Shown here piece by piece: positions 10,986 to 20,780 of a stretch of DNA of 64,000 nucleotides (position 1 is the first letter of the stretch; every line of letters starts with the position of its first letter). The translations under genes and the position numbers were made by a program. Below the pieces are notes generated by a model. The model was not told where the DNA came from and searched no databases. It saw nothing but the letters and a program-made list of their open reading frames with translations. The stretch lies in NCBI GenBank assembly GCA_963727345.1, contig CAVSFG010000006.1, positions 651,142 to 715,141 of the forward strand, written 5' to 3'. This DNA is from an uncultured Alphaproteobacteria bacterium (GTDB taxonomy: Bacteria > Pseudomonadota > Alphaproteobacteria > Sphingomonadales > Sphingomonadaceae).

Positions 10986-11732
10986 TCAGCCGTAGCGGCC
11001 GGTGATGTAGTCCTTGGTCCGCGTCTCGCGCGGATTGGTGAAGATCTCCGAGGTCTCGCCATATTCGACGAGATCGCCGAGGTGGAAGAAGGCGGTCCGC
11101 TGCGAGACGCGCGCCGCCTGCTGCATATTGTGGGTGACGATGACGATCGCGTAGCGGCCGCGCAGCTCGTGGATCAGCTCCTCGATCTTGGCGGTGGCGA
11201 TCGGATCGAGCGCCGAGCAGGGCTCGTCCATCAGGATCACCTCGGGATCGACCGCGATCGCGCGGGCGATGCAGAGCCGCTGCTGCTGGCCGCCCGACAG
11301 AGCCGTGCCGCTTTCCTGCAGCCGGTCCTTCACCTCTTCCCACAGGCCGGCCCGCCGCAGCGAGCGCTCGACGATCACGTCCATCTCGCTCTTGTTCGCG
11401 GCGAGGCCGTGGATGCGGGGGCCGTAGGCGACATTTTCGTAGATCGACTTGGGGAAGGGGTTCGGCTTCTGGAACACCATGCCGACCCGGGCGCGCAGCT
11501 GCACGACGTCCATGTCGGTGCCGTAGATATCCTCGCCGTCGAGCTCGATCCGCCCTTCGACGCGCGCCGACGCGATCGTGTCGTTCATCCGGTTGAGGGC
11601 GCGCAGGAAGGTCGATTTGCCGCAGCCGGACGGCCCGATGAAGGCGGTCACATTCTCCTGGCGGACCTCGATCGATACGTTATCGATCGCCTTCTTCTCC
11701 CCATAGAAGACGCTGACATTTCGTGCCGCCAT
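10986..11732 (-). CDS. pstB: Phosphate ABC transporter ATPase
   Basis: [26 protein letters not shown] and DYITGRYG. Confidence 0.95.
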   Translation of the reverse strand: MAARNVSVFYGEKKAIDNVSIEVRQENVTAFIGPSGCGKSTFLRALNRMNDTIASARVEGRIELDGEDIYGTDMDVVQLRARVGMVFQKPNPFPKSIYENVAYGPRIHGLAANKSEMDVIVERSLRRAGLWEEVKDRLQESGTALSGGQQQRLCIARAIAVDPEVILMDEPCSALDPIATAKIEELIHELRGRYAIVIVTHNMQQAARVSQRTAFFHLGDLVEYGETSEIFTNPRETRTKDYITGRYG

Positions 11733-11759
11733 CTTGGGGCCGGTAGGGTTCAGTGTCGG

Positions 11760-13040
11760 TCACCAGCGCCTCTCGAAACGGTTGCGGAGATAGATGGCCA
11801 AGCCGTTCATCGCGAGCAGGAACAGCAGCAGGACGATGATCGCGGCGCTGGTCTTTTCGACGAAGCCGCGGCTGACCTCGTCGGACCAGAGGAAGATCTG
11901 GACCGGCAGCGCGGTCGCGGGATCGGAGATGCCGCCGGGCGGCGAGGCAATGAAGGCGCGCATGCCGATCATCAGCAGCGGCGCGGTCTCGCCCAGCGCG
12001 CGCGCCATGCCGATGATCGTGCCGGTGAGGATGCCGGGCAGCGCCAGCGGCAGGACATGGTGGAAGACGACCTGCACCCGGCTCGCGCCGATCCCCAGCG
12101 CGGCGTCGCGGATCGAGGGCGGCACCGACTTGATCGCGTTGCGCCCGGCGATGACGATCACCGGCATCGTCATCAGCGCCAGCGTCAAGCCGCCGACGAT
12201 CGGCGCCGAGCGGGGCAGGTGCATGAAATTGAGGAACACCGCCAGCCCCAGCAATCCGAAAATGATCGACGGCACCGCGGCGAGATTGTTGATCGAGACC
12301 TCGATGATGTCGGTCCAGCGGTTTCGCGGCGCATATTCCTCGAGATAGACCGCCGAAAGCACGCCGATCGGGAAGGCGAGGATCAAGGTGACGATCATCG
12401 TCAGCAGCGAACCCTTGAACGCGCCCCAGATGCCGACGAGGGTCGGATCGGTGGAATCTGAGCCGGTCAGGAAAGCCCAGTTGAAGCCGGTGCGGATCGC
12501 TCCCGCGGCGTTCAGCTGCTCATATGAGCGTTCGGCATCGGCAGTCCCGTCGCTCTTGGCGGCGATATCGATCGCGGTCGCGGCGGGCAGCCACAGAGTG
12601 GCGCGGCCGGCAAGGATGTCCGGATCGGCGCGCACCGCGTCGCGCAGGCGAAGCCGGGCGCCGCCGGAGAAGAGCGCTGCTCCCTGCGGACCATATTGCG
12701 CCGTCGCCGCTTCGGTCACCACACGCTCGAAATCTGCATTGGCGAGCGCCTGATCGGCGCCGAAGCCGCGCAACGCAGCGGGATCGAGGAACAGCGACGA
12801 GCGCGGAAAATCAACTTCCAGCCGCACCTCGGACTGGGTGAAACCGCGGGCGCCGTTGCCGATCATCGTGACGAGGAGGAAGATCAGGAAGCCGACCGAG
12901 ATCAGGATGGCGGCGAGGCCGAGCAGCTTGAACCGCCGCTCGGCGGCGTAGCGGCTGCGGATGCGCGCGCGCATCATTTCGCCGCCCCAGTCGGTCGGCG
13001 TCGGATCGATCGAGTCGGCGCGGAGCGAGGCGTCACTCAT
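11760..13040 (-). CDS. pstA: Phosphate ABC transporter permease PstA
   Basis: YLEEYA, NLAAVPSII and ARALGETAPL. Confidence 0.93.
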   Translation of the reverse strand: MSDASLRADSIDPTPTDWGGEMMRARIRSRYAAERRFKLLGLAAILISVGFLIFLLVTMIGNGARGFTQSEVRLEVDFPRSSLFLDPAALRGFGADQALANADFERVVTEAATAQYGPQGAALFSGGARLRLRDAVRADPDILAGRATLWLPAATAIDIAAKSDGTADAERSYEQLNAAGAIRTGFNWAFLTGSDSTDPTLVGIWGAFKGSLLTMIVTLILAFPIGVLSAVYLEEYAPRNRWTDIIEVSINNLAAVPSIIFGLLGLAVFLNFMHLPRSAPIVGGLTLALMTMPVIVIAGRNAIKSVPPSIRDAALGIGASRVQVVFHHVLPLALPGILTGTIIGMARALGETAPLLMIGMRAFIASPPGGISDPATALPVQIFLWSDEVSRGFVEKTSAAIIVLLLFLLAMNGLAIYLRNRFERRW

Positions 13041-14425
13041 AGGCTTCGCGATATTTCTTCACGACGCGCAGGGCGACGATGTTGAGCGCCAGAGTGACTA
13101 GGAACAGCACGAAGCCAAGCGCGAAGGCCGCCAATGTCTTGGGCGAATCGAACTCCTGATCGCCGGTGAGCAATTGGACGATCTGGGTGGTGACGGTGGT
13201 CACGCTGGCGAAGGGGTTGGCGGTCATGTTGGCGGCAAGGCCCGCGGCCATCACCACGATCATCGTCTCACCGATCGCCCGGCTGACCGCCAGCAGGACG
13301 CCGCCGACGACGCCCGGCAGGGCGGCGGGGACGAGCACCTTCTTGATCGTTTCGCTGGTCGTCGCGCCCATCGCCAGGCTGCCGTCGCGCATCGCCTGTG
13401 GCACCGCGGCGATGCTGTCGTCGGCCATCGACGAGACGAAGGGGATGATCATGATCCCCATCACCAGCCCTGCGGCGAGCGCGCTCTCGGTGGAAGCGGG
13501 AATGCCGAGCGAAAGGCCGAGATCGCGGATCGCCGGCGCCACGGTAAGCGCGGCAAAATAGCCGTAGACGACGGTCGGCACGCCGGCGAGGATTTCGAGG
13601 ATCGGCTTTAGCCAAGCCCGAACCCGGGGCTTGGCATATTGGGTGAGGTAGATCGCGCTCATCAGGCCCAAGCGGAATCGCGACGATCATGGCGATAATC
13701 GCGCCGATGAAGATCGTGCCCCAGAAGAGCGGAATTGCGCCGAACGCACCCGACGACCCGGCCTGATCGGCGCGGATCGCCATTTGCGGGCTCCAGGTCA
13801 GACCGAACAGGAACTCGATCGGCGAGACCATCGAGAAGAAGCGCAGCGATTCGAACAATAGCGAAAGGACGATGCCGAGCGTGGTCAGGACCGCGATCAG
13901 CGAGGCGAGCAGCAGCACCGCCATCATCACCCGCTCGACCCGGGTGCGGGCGCGGAATTGCGGGGAGAGGCGGCTGAACGCCCAGGCGCCGCCGGCGAAG
14001 GCGACCAGCATCGCGACCGCGAAGCCGATCCAGTGGTAGAAGGCGAGGGCGCGGGCATAGACCGGCGCCAGCGCGAACGCCTCGCGGTTGAACGCGGTCG
14101 TCGAGGCGCCGGTCGCGAGCGCATGGGCTTCGTTGAGGATCGTCGAGCGCTGCATCCCGAAGCCGGGCAGGTTCGCCGCCTCCGGGCTGGCCAGCACCTG
14201 CGCATAGACGAGGTTGCCGGAAACATTCTGCCAGACGACCAAGAAGAGCGCCGCCGGCACGACGGTCCACAAGGCGACATACCAGCCATGCTGGCCGGGC
14301 CGCGAATGGGGCCGTTCCTTGGTGGCGCCGCCGATACCGGCGAAGGCCGCCGCGCGCGCCCGTCCCGAGAGCCAGGCAACCAGCCCCAGCCCCGCGACGA
14401 GCAACGCGATGACGGCGATCGACAT
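13033..14425 (-). CDS. pstC: Phosphate ABC transporter permease PstC (frameshift near 13670)
   Basis: ILAGVPTVVYG and SRAIGETMIV; N-terminal part in ORF 13268..14425. Confidence 0.92.
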
Positions 14426-15496
14426 TTACCGCGGTTGGAGATCGCGCACGGTGATCGGCCGCGGGCTGCGCACCGCCTGCTCGGCGGCCTGCCGCTCATT
14501 GTCCGGCAGCGCGATCATCCCGCGCTGGGTGAGATAGCCGCCCGGCCCCCAGCCTTGGGTCCAGGCGGTGAGGAACTCGCGCAGGCCCGGAATGGCGTTC
14601 AGATGCTCGCCCTTCACGTAGATGTAGAGCCGGCGCGCGCCCGGATAGGTGAAATTGGTGATCGTCGCCGAGGTCGGCGCGACGCCGCCGATCGGGATGC
14701 CGCGTACCCGCTCGCCATTCTCCTCGAGGAAGGAATAGCCGAGGATGCCGATCGCGCCCTGGTTTTCGGACACGCGCTGGACGAGCAGATTGTCGTTCTC
14801 GCCCGCCTCGATATAGGCGCCGTCCTCGCGCAACTGGGTGCAGATTGTGCGATGGCGGTCGCTGTCGCTGGCCTTCAGCCGCTCCATCGCCGGATCGCTG
14901 TCGCAGCCGCGCTCCAGGATCAGCTCGGCGAAGCTGTCGCGCGTGCCGGAGGTCGGCGGCGGGCCGTAGACCCGGATCGGGACCGCGGGCAGCGCCGGAT
15001 TGACGTCGCGCCAGGTCTGCGCGGTCTGCGGCCGGCCGAAGGGATTGGCGGCGAGCGCGGCGTAGATATCGCGCGCGGTCAGCTGGAAGCCGGTCGACCG
15101 CGTCGCCGATTCGATCAGCGCCAGGCCGTCAATGCCGACCGGCACCTCGATGATCTGGTTGACGCCGTTGCGGTTGCACTGCTCGATCTCGGTCGCCTTG
15201 ATCCGCCGCGAGGCGTTGGCGACGTCCGGATGCTGCGGACCGACGCCGCCGCAGAACAGGTTGAGACCGCCACCGGTGCCGGTCGATTCGACGATCGGCG
15301 ATTGGAAGCTTGGATTGGCCTGGGCGAAACGCTCGGCAACCGCAACCGCGAAGGGGTAGACGGTCGAGGAGCCGACGACGCGGATCTGGTTGCGGGAGCC
15401 GCCTTCGGCGCTGCCGGTCGGGCCCGAGCCGCAGCCGGCCAGCAACAGGCCGGCCGCCATCAATGCCATGAGTGTCTTGCGCACGTGCCCCTCCAT
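14426..15496 (-). CDS. pstS: Phosphate-binding lipoprotein PstS
   Basis: LLAGC lipobox; GSSTV, STGTGGG and SGTRD motifs. Confidence 0.92.
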   Translation of the reverse strand: MEGHVRKTLMALMAAGLLLAGCGSGPTGSAEGGSRNQIRVVGSSTVYPFAVAVAERFAQANPSFQSPIVESTGTGGGLNLFCGGVGPQHPDVANASRRIKATEIEQCNRNGVNQIIEVPVGIDGLALIESATRSTGFQLTARDIYAALAANPFGRPQTAQTWRDVNPALPAVPIRVYGPPPTSGTRDSFAELILERGCDSDPAMERLKASDSDRHRTICTQLREDGAYIEAGENDNLLVQRVSENQGAIGILGYSFLEENGERVRGIPIGGVAPTSATITNFTYPGARRLYIYVKGEHLNAIPGLREFLTAWTQGWGPGGYLTQRGMIALPDNERQAAEQAVRSPRPITVRDLQPR

Positions 15497-15550
15497 GAGT
15501 CGCGATAAGGTTGGTAAGCTGCGAAACTAGGTCGCTCCAGAGAGTCCCCT

Positions 15551-15579
15551 GTGACGCTTCGATGACAGGTTGATGACAG
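15551..15579 (-). promoter_or_regulatory. Pho box upstream of pstS
   Basis: Minus strand CTGTCAT-caac-CTGTCAT-cgaa-GCGTCAC with 11-bp periodicity, matching the PhoB consensus. Confidence 0.9.
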
Positions 15580-15592
15580 CACCACCGATCGC

Positions 15593-16793
15593 TCAGAAAT
15601 CGAGCTGGGCGCGCACGCCGATAACATCGACGCCATAGTCCCGCCGTCCGCCCGCGGCCGGGATCGCGGCATCGTCATAAGACAGACGGGCATAATTGAT
15701 GAGGAAGCGGACATAGTCGGTCGGGATCCAGGTCAGGCCGAGCTGGAGACCGTTCTGGACGCCGCCGATGATCCCCTGCGAATTGAGATCGAGATGGTCG
15801 TAGCGCAAGTTGAGCTGGACCGCGCCGAAGCCGCCTTCCTCGATCGCGCGCCGGACGCGAGTCCGGTCCCAGCGGGCGCCGCGATAGCCGCGCGTCTCGC
15901 CGGTCAGGAACCAGCCGACCTCGACATAGCCGCCGAAGAAGCTTGGATCGGCGCCGGTGACCGCGGTCGGCGTTCAGCCAATGCGCCTCGGCGGCGAAAT
16001 GGAACGGGCCGCGGATCGCCGCCGCCTCGAGGCCGAAGCTCGTCTCGCTGTCGACATCGAGCGCGGGCGTCGCGAGGAAGCGCGCGTCGGTGGCGTGGAT
16101 CAGCGGCCGCTGCCGGTAGCGGGTCGTGGTGCCGCGCGCGACGAGATCGCCATTGTCGCGCCAATGCGCCGACGCGGCGAGGTGAAGTTGGGTGTCGCCG
16201 AGCCGCGGCGCATAGACGATCCGGCCATCGACGCTCAGCATGTCGTCGCCTTCGTCGACATCGAGCAGATTGTCGTGGAAGATGCCGAGCTGCGCGGTCA
16301 CCGGGCCGCTGGTCAGTGTTCGCCGAGAGCGCCGAGCCGGCGCTCGAAATCGAAGGCGTCGGTGAAAGCGGCCCGCTCGATGAACGAGATGAAGCGCGAC
16401 GCTGGTCAGCTCGTCGAGCGACTGGAAATTGTTGTGCTGGCCGGCGGTCATGGTCAGCCGGTCCGAGGCGCGCCAGGAAATCGCCGCGTCGGTGATCTCG
16501 TCGACCGCTTCGGAAAGCTCGACCTCGAAGACGATAGGAGAAGCCGCCGCGGCGCGGTGCCTTCGACGCCCAGCCGGGCCCGGCGGAATTCGTCGACCGA
16601 GCCGAGGCCGGCGGCGGCGACGCCGTCCGGCGCCGAAACATCGCCAACATCATATTGAAGGCGGCCGCGCGGCTTCAGCGACCAGCCCGAGGTCGAGCCA
16701 ATGCGCGGCGCGCCGGCGAAGCGGGACGACGAATCCTGGGCGAAGGCCGGGGGCGGCGAGGCCGAGCAATGTCGCGAACCAGAGCAGCCTCAC
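15593..16793 (-). CDS. Phosphate-selective porin, OprO/OprP family (several frameshifts)
   Basis: GTG start after gggaga; signal peptide; RYRQRP segment; C-terminal RAQLDF beta-barrel signature; lies inside the pst module. Confidence 0.8.
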
Positions 16794-16839
16794 CGGATTC
16801 TCCCGAACAGAATCATGACGGAATGGCTACGTCTTTGAT

Positions 16840-18070
16840 TCAGTTTCGTGACTCTTCCGTGACAGTCGCGAGCGGCAACAGAACACGGGCGATCGTTCCT
16901 TCGCCGACGGTGCTGGCGATCTCGAGCCGGCCGCGATGGCGCTGGACGATATGCTTGACGATCGCGAGGCCGAGCCCGGTGCCGCCCACCTGCCGGCTGC
17001 GGCTGGCGTCGACGCGATAGAAACGCTCGGTGAGGCGGGGCAGGTGCTCGGCCGCGATTCCCTCGCCTTCGTCGATCACCGCGACCGACAGCATGTCGCC
17101 TTCCGCCGGCGAGAGCCGCACCCGGATCGGCCGCCCGGCGCGGCCATATTTGATCGCATTGCCGACGAGGTTGGCGAGCATCTGGACGAGCTGGGCGCGA
17201 TCGCCCTGAACGACCGCCCGCGGCGCGTCGTTTTCGATGACCAGAGTCGCATCTTGTGCGGCGATCGTTTGCGCAAGCGCGTCGCGCACCTCATTGATGA
17301 CGTCCTCTAGGTCGACCGGCGCGCGGGGCGCGCGCGAATCGCTCCGCTTCGATCCGCGACAGCGACATGAGATCGTCGACCAGGTCGCGCATCCGGGTCG
17401 CTTCGCCCGACATGATGCGAAGGAAGCGCGAACGCGTCTCGGGATCGCTCGCCGCCGCCTCGTCCTCCAGCGTCTCGAGGAAGCCAAGCAGGGTCGCGAG
17501 CGGAGTGCGCAGCTCGTGGCTGGCGTTTGCGACGAAGTCGACGCGCATCTGCTCTGCCGCCCGCGATCCACCCTGATCGATCAGGCGAACGAGCTGGCCG
17601 CCGTCCGGCAGCAGCCGCAAGCGCATCAGCCACGGGCGGCCGGCCTCGCCGAGGCCGACGATCTCGATGTCTTCTGTGCCTCGCTCGCTGGACTCGCCGG
17701 TGAGGCGCTCGGCCGCGGCGGGGTGGCGGATGGCCAGACGCACGTCGACGCCGTCGATATGGGCGCCCAGCAGTTCCTTGGCGGCCGCGTTGGCGCGCAG
17801 CACCCGCCGGTCGCGGACGAGCAGGACCGGTTCGTCAAGCGCCTCGATGAGATCATCCAGCCGCAGCGCGACGGGCGCGGGCCCGTCGTCGGCCGTCACG
17901 GCGGGGGCCGTCGCGCTCCGGCCCGGCCAGGCGATGGCGCCGACGACGAGCGCGGCGGTCAGCGCGGCGAGGCTCGCGACCGGCGGTGCGCCCAGCCACC
18001 AGGCCAGCCCGCTGCCGCCGACCGCGGCCAGCGCGGCGAAGAGCGCCCGTGTCAGCTGGTCACCTGTCAT
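16840..18070 (-). CDS. phoR: Phosphate regulon sensor histidine kinase (frameshift near 17330)
   Basis: H-box FVANASHELRTPL, N-box NLVGNAIKY, G-boxes DEGEGI and GGTGLGL; two N-terminal TM helices. Confidence 0.88.
16848..16865 (-). promoter_or_regulatory. Pho box upstream of the porin, embedded in the 3' end of phoR
   Basis: Minus strand CTGTCAC-ggaa-GAGTCAC with 11-bp spacing, about 55 bp before the porin start. Confidence 0.65.
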
Positions 18071-18164
18071 CCCGATCCGTCCCGATGCGGCACGGACCCA
18101 TGGTCCCGCTCGCCTTCGCCGCGCTTTACCCTTAATAAATCGTGCGAGTGTATCGGAATTTCCC

Positions 18165-18566
18165 ATGAGCGGCGCTGACGAGCCAAAGCCTGACGATGCG
18201 TTTCAGCCGAGCCGGCGCAGCTTCCTCTATTTGGGAGCCGCGGCGGCCTCGACGGTCGTCACCATCCGCCCCGCCCTCGCCCAGACGGCGGGCTCGGTGC
18301 TGAGCTGCGAAATCCCGGTGCCCGGACCGCATGCCGCCGGCAATTATATCGCGCCCGACGGGACGACGGTCGCGCCGGGCACGGCGGGCGCCTCGCCGCC
18401 GCTGACGCGGCCGTTGCGCGGCGAGGAGGCCCGGATGCTGCTGCGCGGTTCGACGCCGCCCGGCGTCAATCCCGGCTCGTCCCAGGCCTACGCCAATTAT
18501 ATCCGGCGGCTGCAGACGGGGATGAGCGGCTTCACCTGCTACGCCTCGCTGCAGATGCCGCGTTAA
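18165..18566 (+). CDS. Twin-arginine signal hypothetical protein, candidate substrate of the downstream modification cassette
   Basis: SRRSFL Tat motif, hydrophobic stretch and PALA|Q cleavage site; two Cys (VLSC, FTCYAS); 133 aa. Confidence 0.7.
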   Translation: MSGADEPKPDDAFQPSRRSFLYLGAAAASTVVTIRPALAQTAGSVLSCEIPVPGPHAAGNYIAPDGTTVAPGTAGASPPLTRPLRGEEARMLLRGSTPPGVNPGSSQAYANYIRRLQTGMSGFTCYASLQMPR

Positions 18567-18582
18567 GTTAAGACGCCCGGCC

Positions 18583-18859
18583 ATGGCCGGTCCCCGCTAC
18601 ATCGCCGACCTCAGCCGAGGATGTGCGGATCGTCGCGCTCGACGGCCTGTCGGTGCTCTATCACGCGCCCTCCGGCATGACCCACATCGTCGCGCCGCCC
18701 GCGCCCGAGATTCTCGAAGCGCTTCAGCCCGGGGCCGCCGACATCGCCGAGCTGATCATGCGGCTGCGCTCCCGCTACGAGCTGGAAGGGGATGCCGATG
18801 ATATCGTCGCGCTGCGCCTTGCCGAGCTCGAGCAGGCGGGCTTGGTGCGCCGCGCATGA
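18583..18859 (+). CDS. PqqD-family / RiPP recognition element chaperone (HPr-rel-A type; frameshift near 18610)
   Basis: About 90 aa; LYHAPSGMTHIV...EILEAL...LAELEQAGLV is the PqqD three-strand/three-helix pattern. Confidence 0.8.
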
Positions 18860-19722
18860 GACACAGCCTCGCCTTGCGGATCGGGCCGGTCGGTTTCCGG
18901 GTCGGCTCGGCCTGGGCCGGGCCGATCCGGACACTCGCCGCGCTCTATGACGGCTATCCCGAACCCGAGGACGGCATTTGCGATTTCACCGTCCGGCTGG
19001 AGCCGCAACGGCCGTGGCGGCGCTGGCTGCGCCCGTCGGTGGCGATCCGGGGCGATTATATCCTCCCCGACGCCGCGCCGCTGCCGCTCGCCATGGGTCT
19101 GCTCGCCGCCGAAATGGGGATGAACCTGCAGATGGCGCTGGGGCAGAAGCGCTATCTGCTCCTCCACGCCTCGAGCGCCGAGAAGGATGGCCGCGCCCTG
19201 ATCATGACCGGTGAATCCGGCGCCGGGAAATCGACCTTGTCGGCACTGCTTGGCGAACGCGGCTGGCGGCTGATGGGCGACGAGTTCGCCTTGCTCGATC
19301 TCGCCGACGGCGGCCTTCATCCCTTTCCGCGCGCGATCAGCCTGAAGAACGGCGCAATCCGAGTGATGGAGAACGAGGTCGCGGCGGACCGGTTCGGCCC
19401 CCGACTGGAAGACACGCCGAAGGGCGTGATCCGCCATCTTCGCCCCAACGCCGCGGCGATCGCCGGCATGGGCGAGAAGCGCGAAGCCGGCTCTGATCCT
19501 TTTCCCGCGCTTCGGCCGGCCGGCGGAAGCGCGCCCCGTCGGTCAGGCCGAAGTCTTCATGCGGCTGACCCAGGCCTCGACCAATTATGTCACGCTCGGC
19601 GCGGCCGGGTTCGAGGCGCTGACCGGTCTGGTCCAGAACTGTCCGGCCGCGGCGATCGACTATCCGGACACCGACGAGCGGCATCGGATCTGGTCGAAGA
19701 GCTTTGGCAGGCGGCGGCATGA
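18856..19722 (+). CDS. HprK-related kinase A (two compensating frameshifts near 19480 and 19680)
   Basis: LLLHAS, Walker A GESGAGKS, LMGDEF and PFPRAISLKN. Confidence 0.85.
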   Translation: MRHSLALRIGPVGFRVGSAWAGPIRTLAALYDGYPEPEDGICDFTVRLEPQRPWRRWLRPSVAIRGDYILPDAAPLPLAMGLLAAEMGMNLQMALGQKRYLLLHASSAEKDGRALIMTGESGAGKSTLSALLGERGWRLMGDEFALLDLADGGLHPFPRAISLKNGAIRVMENEVAADRFGPRLEDTPKGVIRHLRPNAAAIAGMGEKREAGSDPFPALRPAGGSAPRRSGRSLHAADPGLDQLCHARRGRVRGADRSGPELSGRGDRLSGHRRAASDLVEELWQAAA

Positions 19723-20771
19723 GCGCCGGCGCGGCTCCTCGTACGCGCGCTGCGCGATCCGGCGTCGGCCAAGGGCTGCGACTGGCCGGCGCTGATCGCC
19801 GCGGCGCGGGCGGAGCGATTGCTGGGCAGTCTCGCCTACCGGCTGGAAGGGCAGGACGTGCCGGCGCCGGTCGCGCGCATCCTCGAGGACGCACGGCGCG
19901 ATGCGGCGCAGGCGCGCACCCAGGCGCTCTGGGAAGCGGAGATGGCGCGCCGCGCGACCGCGCATCTCGGCGTCCCGGTCGTCCTGCTCAAGGGCACCGC
20001 CTTCCACGCCGCCGATCTCGACGCCGCGCGAGGGCCGCTCGGTCGGCGATCTCGATATTCTCGTGACCCGCGAGTCGATCGAGCTGGTCGAGAAGGCGCT
20101 CGTCATTGCCGGCTGGGAACGGCTCAAGGAGGAGGGCGGCTATGACGACATCTATTATCGCCGCTGGATGCACGAGCTGCCGCCCTTGATCCATCGCGAG
20201 CGCGACCGGATGATCGACGTCCATCACACGATCCTGCCGCCGACCGCTCGCCCGACGCCCGACGCCGCCGCGCTGATCGCGGACAGCGTCGCGCTGCCGA
20301 ATGGCCTGCGCATCCTCTCGCCGGCCGACATCATCGTTCACGCCGCCGCGCACCTGTTCGCCGACGGCGATCTCGCCGGCGGGCTTCAGGAACCTGTGGG
20401 ACATCGACCGGCTGCTGCGCCAGTTCGCCGCCGATCCCGCCTTCTGGCCGGCGCTCGCGGCCCGCGCCGCGCATCACCAGCTCCGCCCGCATGTCGCCCG
20501 CGCCCTGCGTCTTTCGGCGCGGCTCTACGGCACGCCGGTCGACGCCGCGCTCGCCGGGCGGGCGCGCTTGAGCGACCGCCTGTTCGAGGCGCGGCTGCTG
20601 GCCCGCAACGGCTGGGGGCAGGAGACCCGCAAGGCGCTCCGCTTCGCTTTCTACGTCCGCTCGCACTGGCTCAGGATGCCGCCGCTGATGCTGGCGCGGC
20701 ATCTCTGGACCAAGGCGCGGCCGGGGACTGGCATATCGCGCCGGTCCATGCCATCCGCGAGCCGTGTCTAG
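19719..20771 (+). CDS. Nucleotidyltransferase family protein (NTP_transf_5-like; frameshifted)
   Basis: VVLLKG, RSVGDLDILV and IDVHH motifs; ATGA overlap with the kinase. Confidence 0.8.
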
Positions 20772-20780
20772 GGAAGTCGA

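Noticed and set aside
10326-12461. Long antisense or alternate-frame ORFs (also 1131..2960, 22021..23895, 24383..26251, 42601..44307, 47937..49739)
   Set aside because: These are shadow ORFs opposite well-supported genes, expected in high-GC DNA, with no recognisable motifs.
18049-18070. CTGTCAT half-site as a Pho box for the kinase cassette
   Set aside because: It is a single heptamer that is simply the reverse complement of the phoR start codons, with no partner at 11-bp spacing.
18165-20771. Lasso peptide or PQQ biosynthesis cluster
   Set aside because: There is no lasso cyclase, B2 peptidase, pqqB/C/E or short precursor; only the RRE, kinase and transferase are present.
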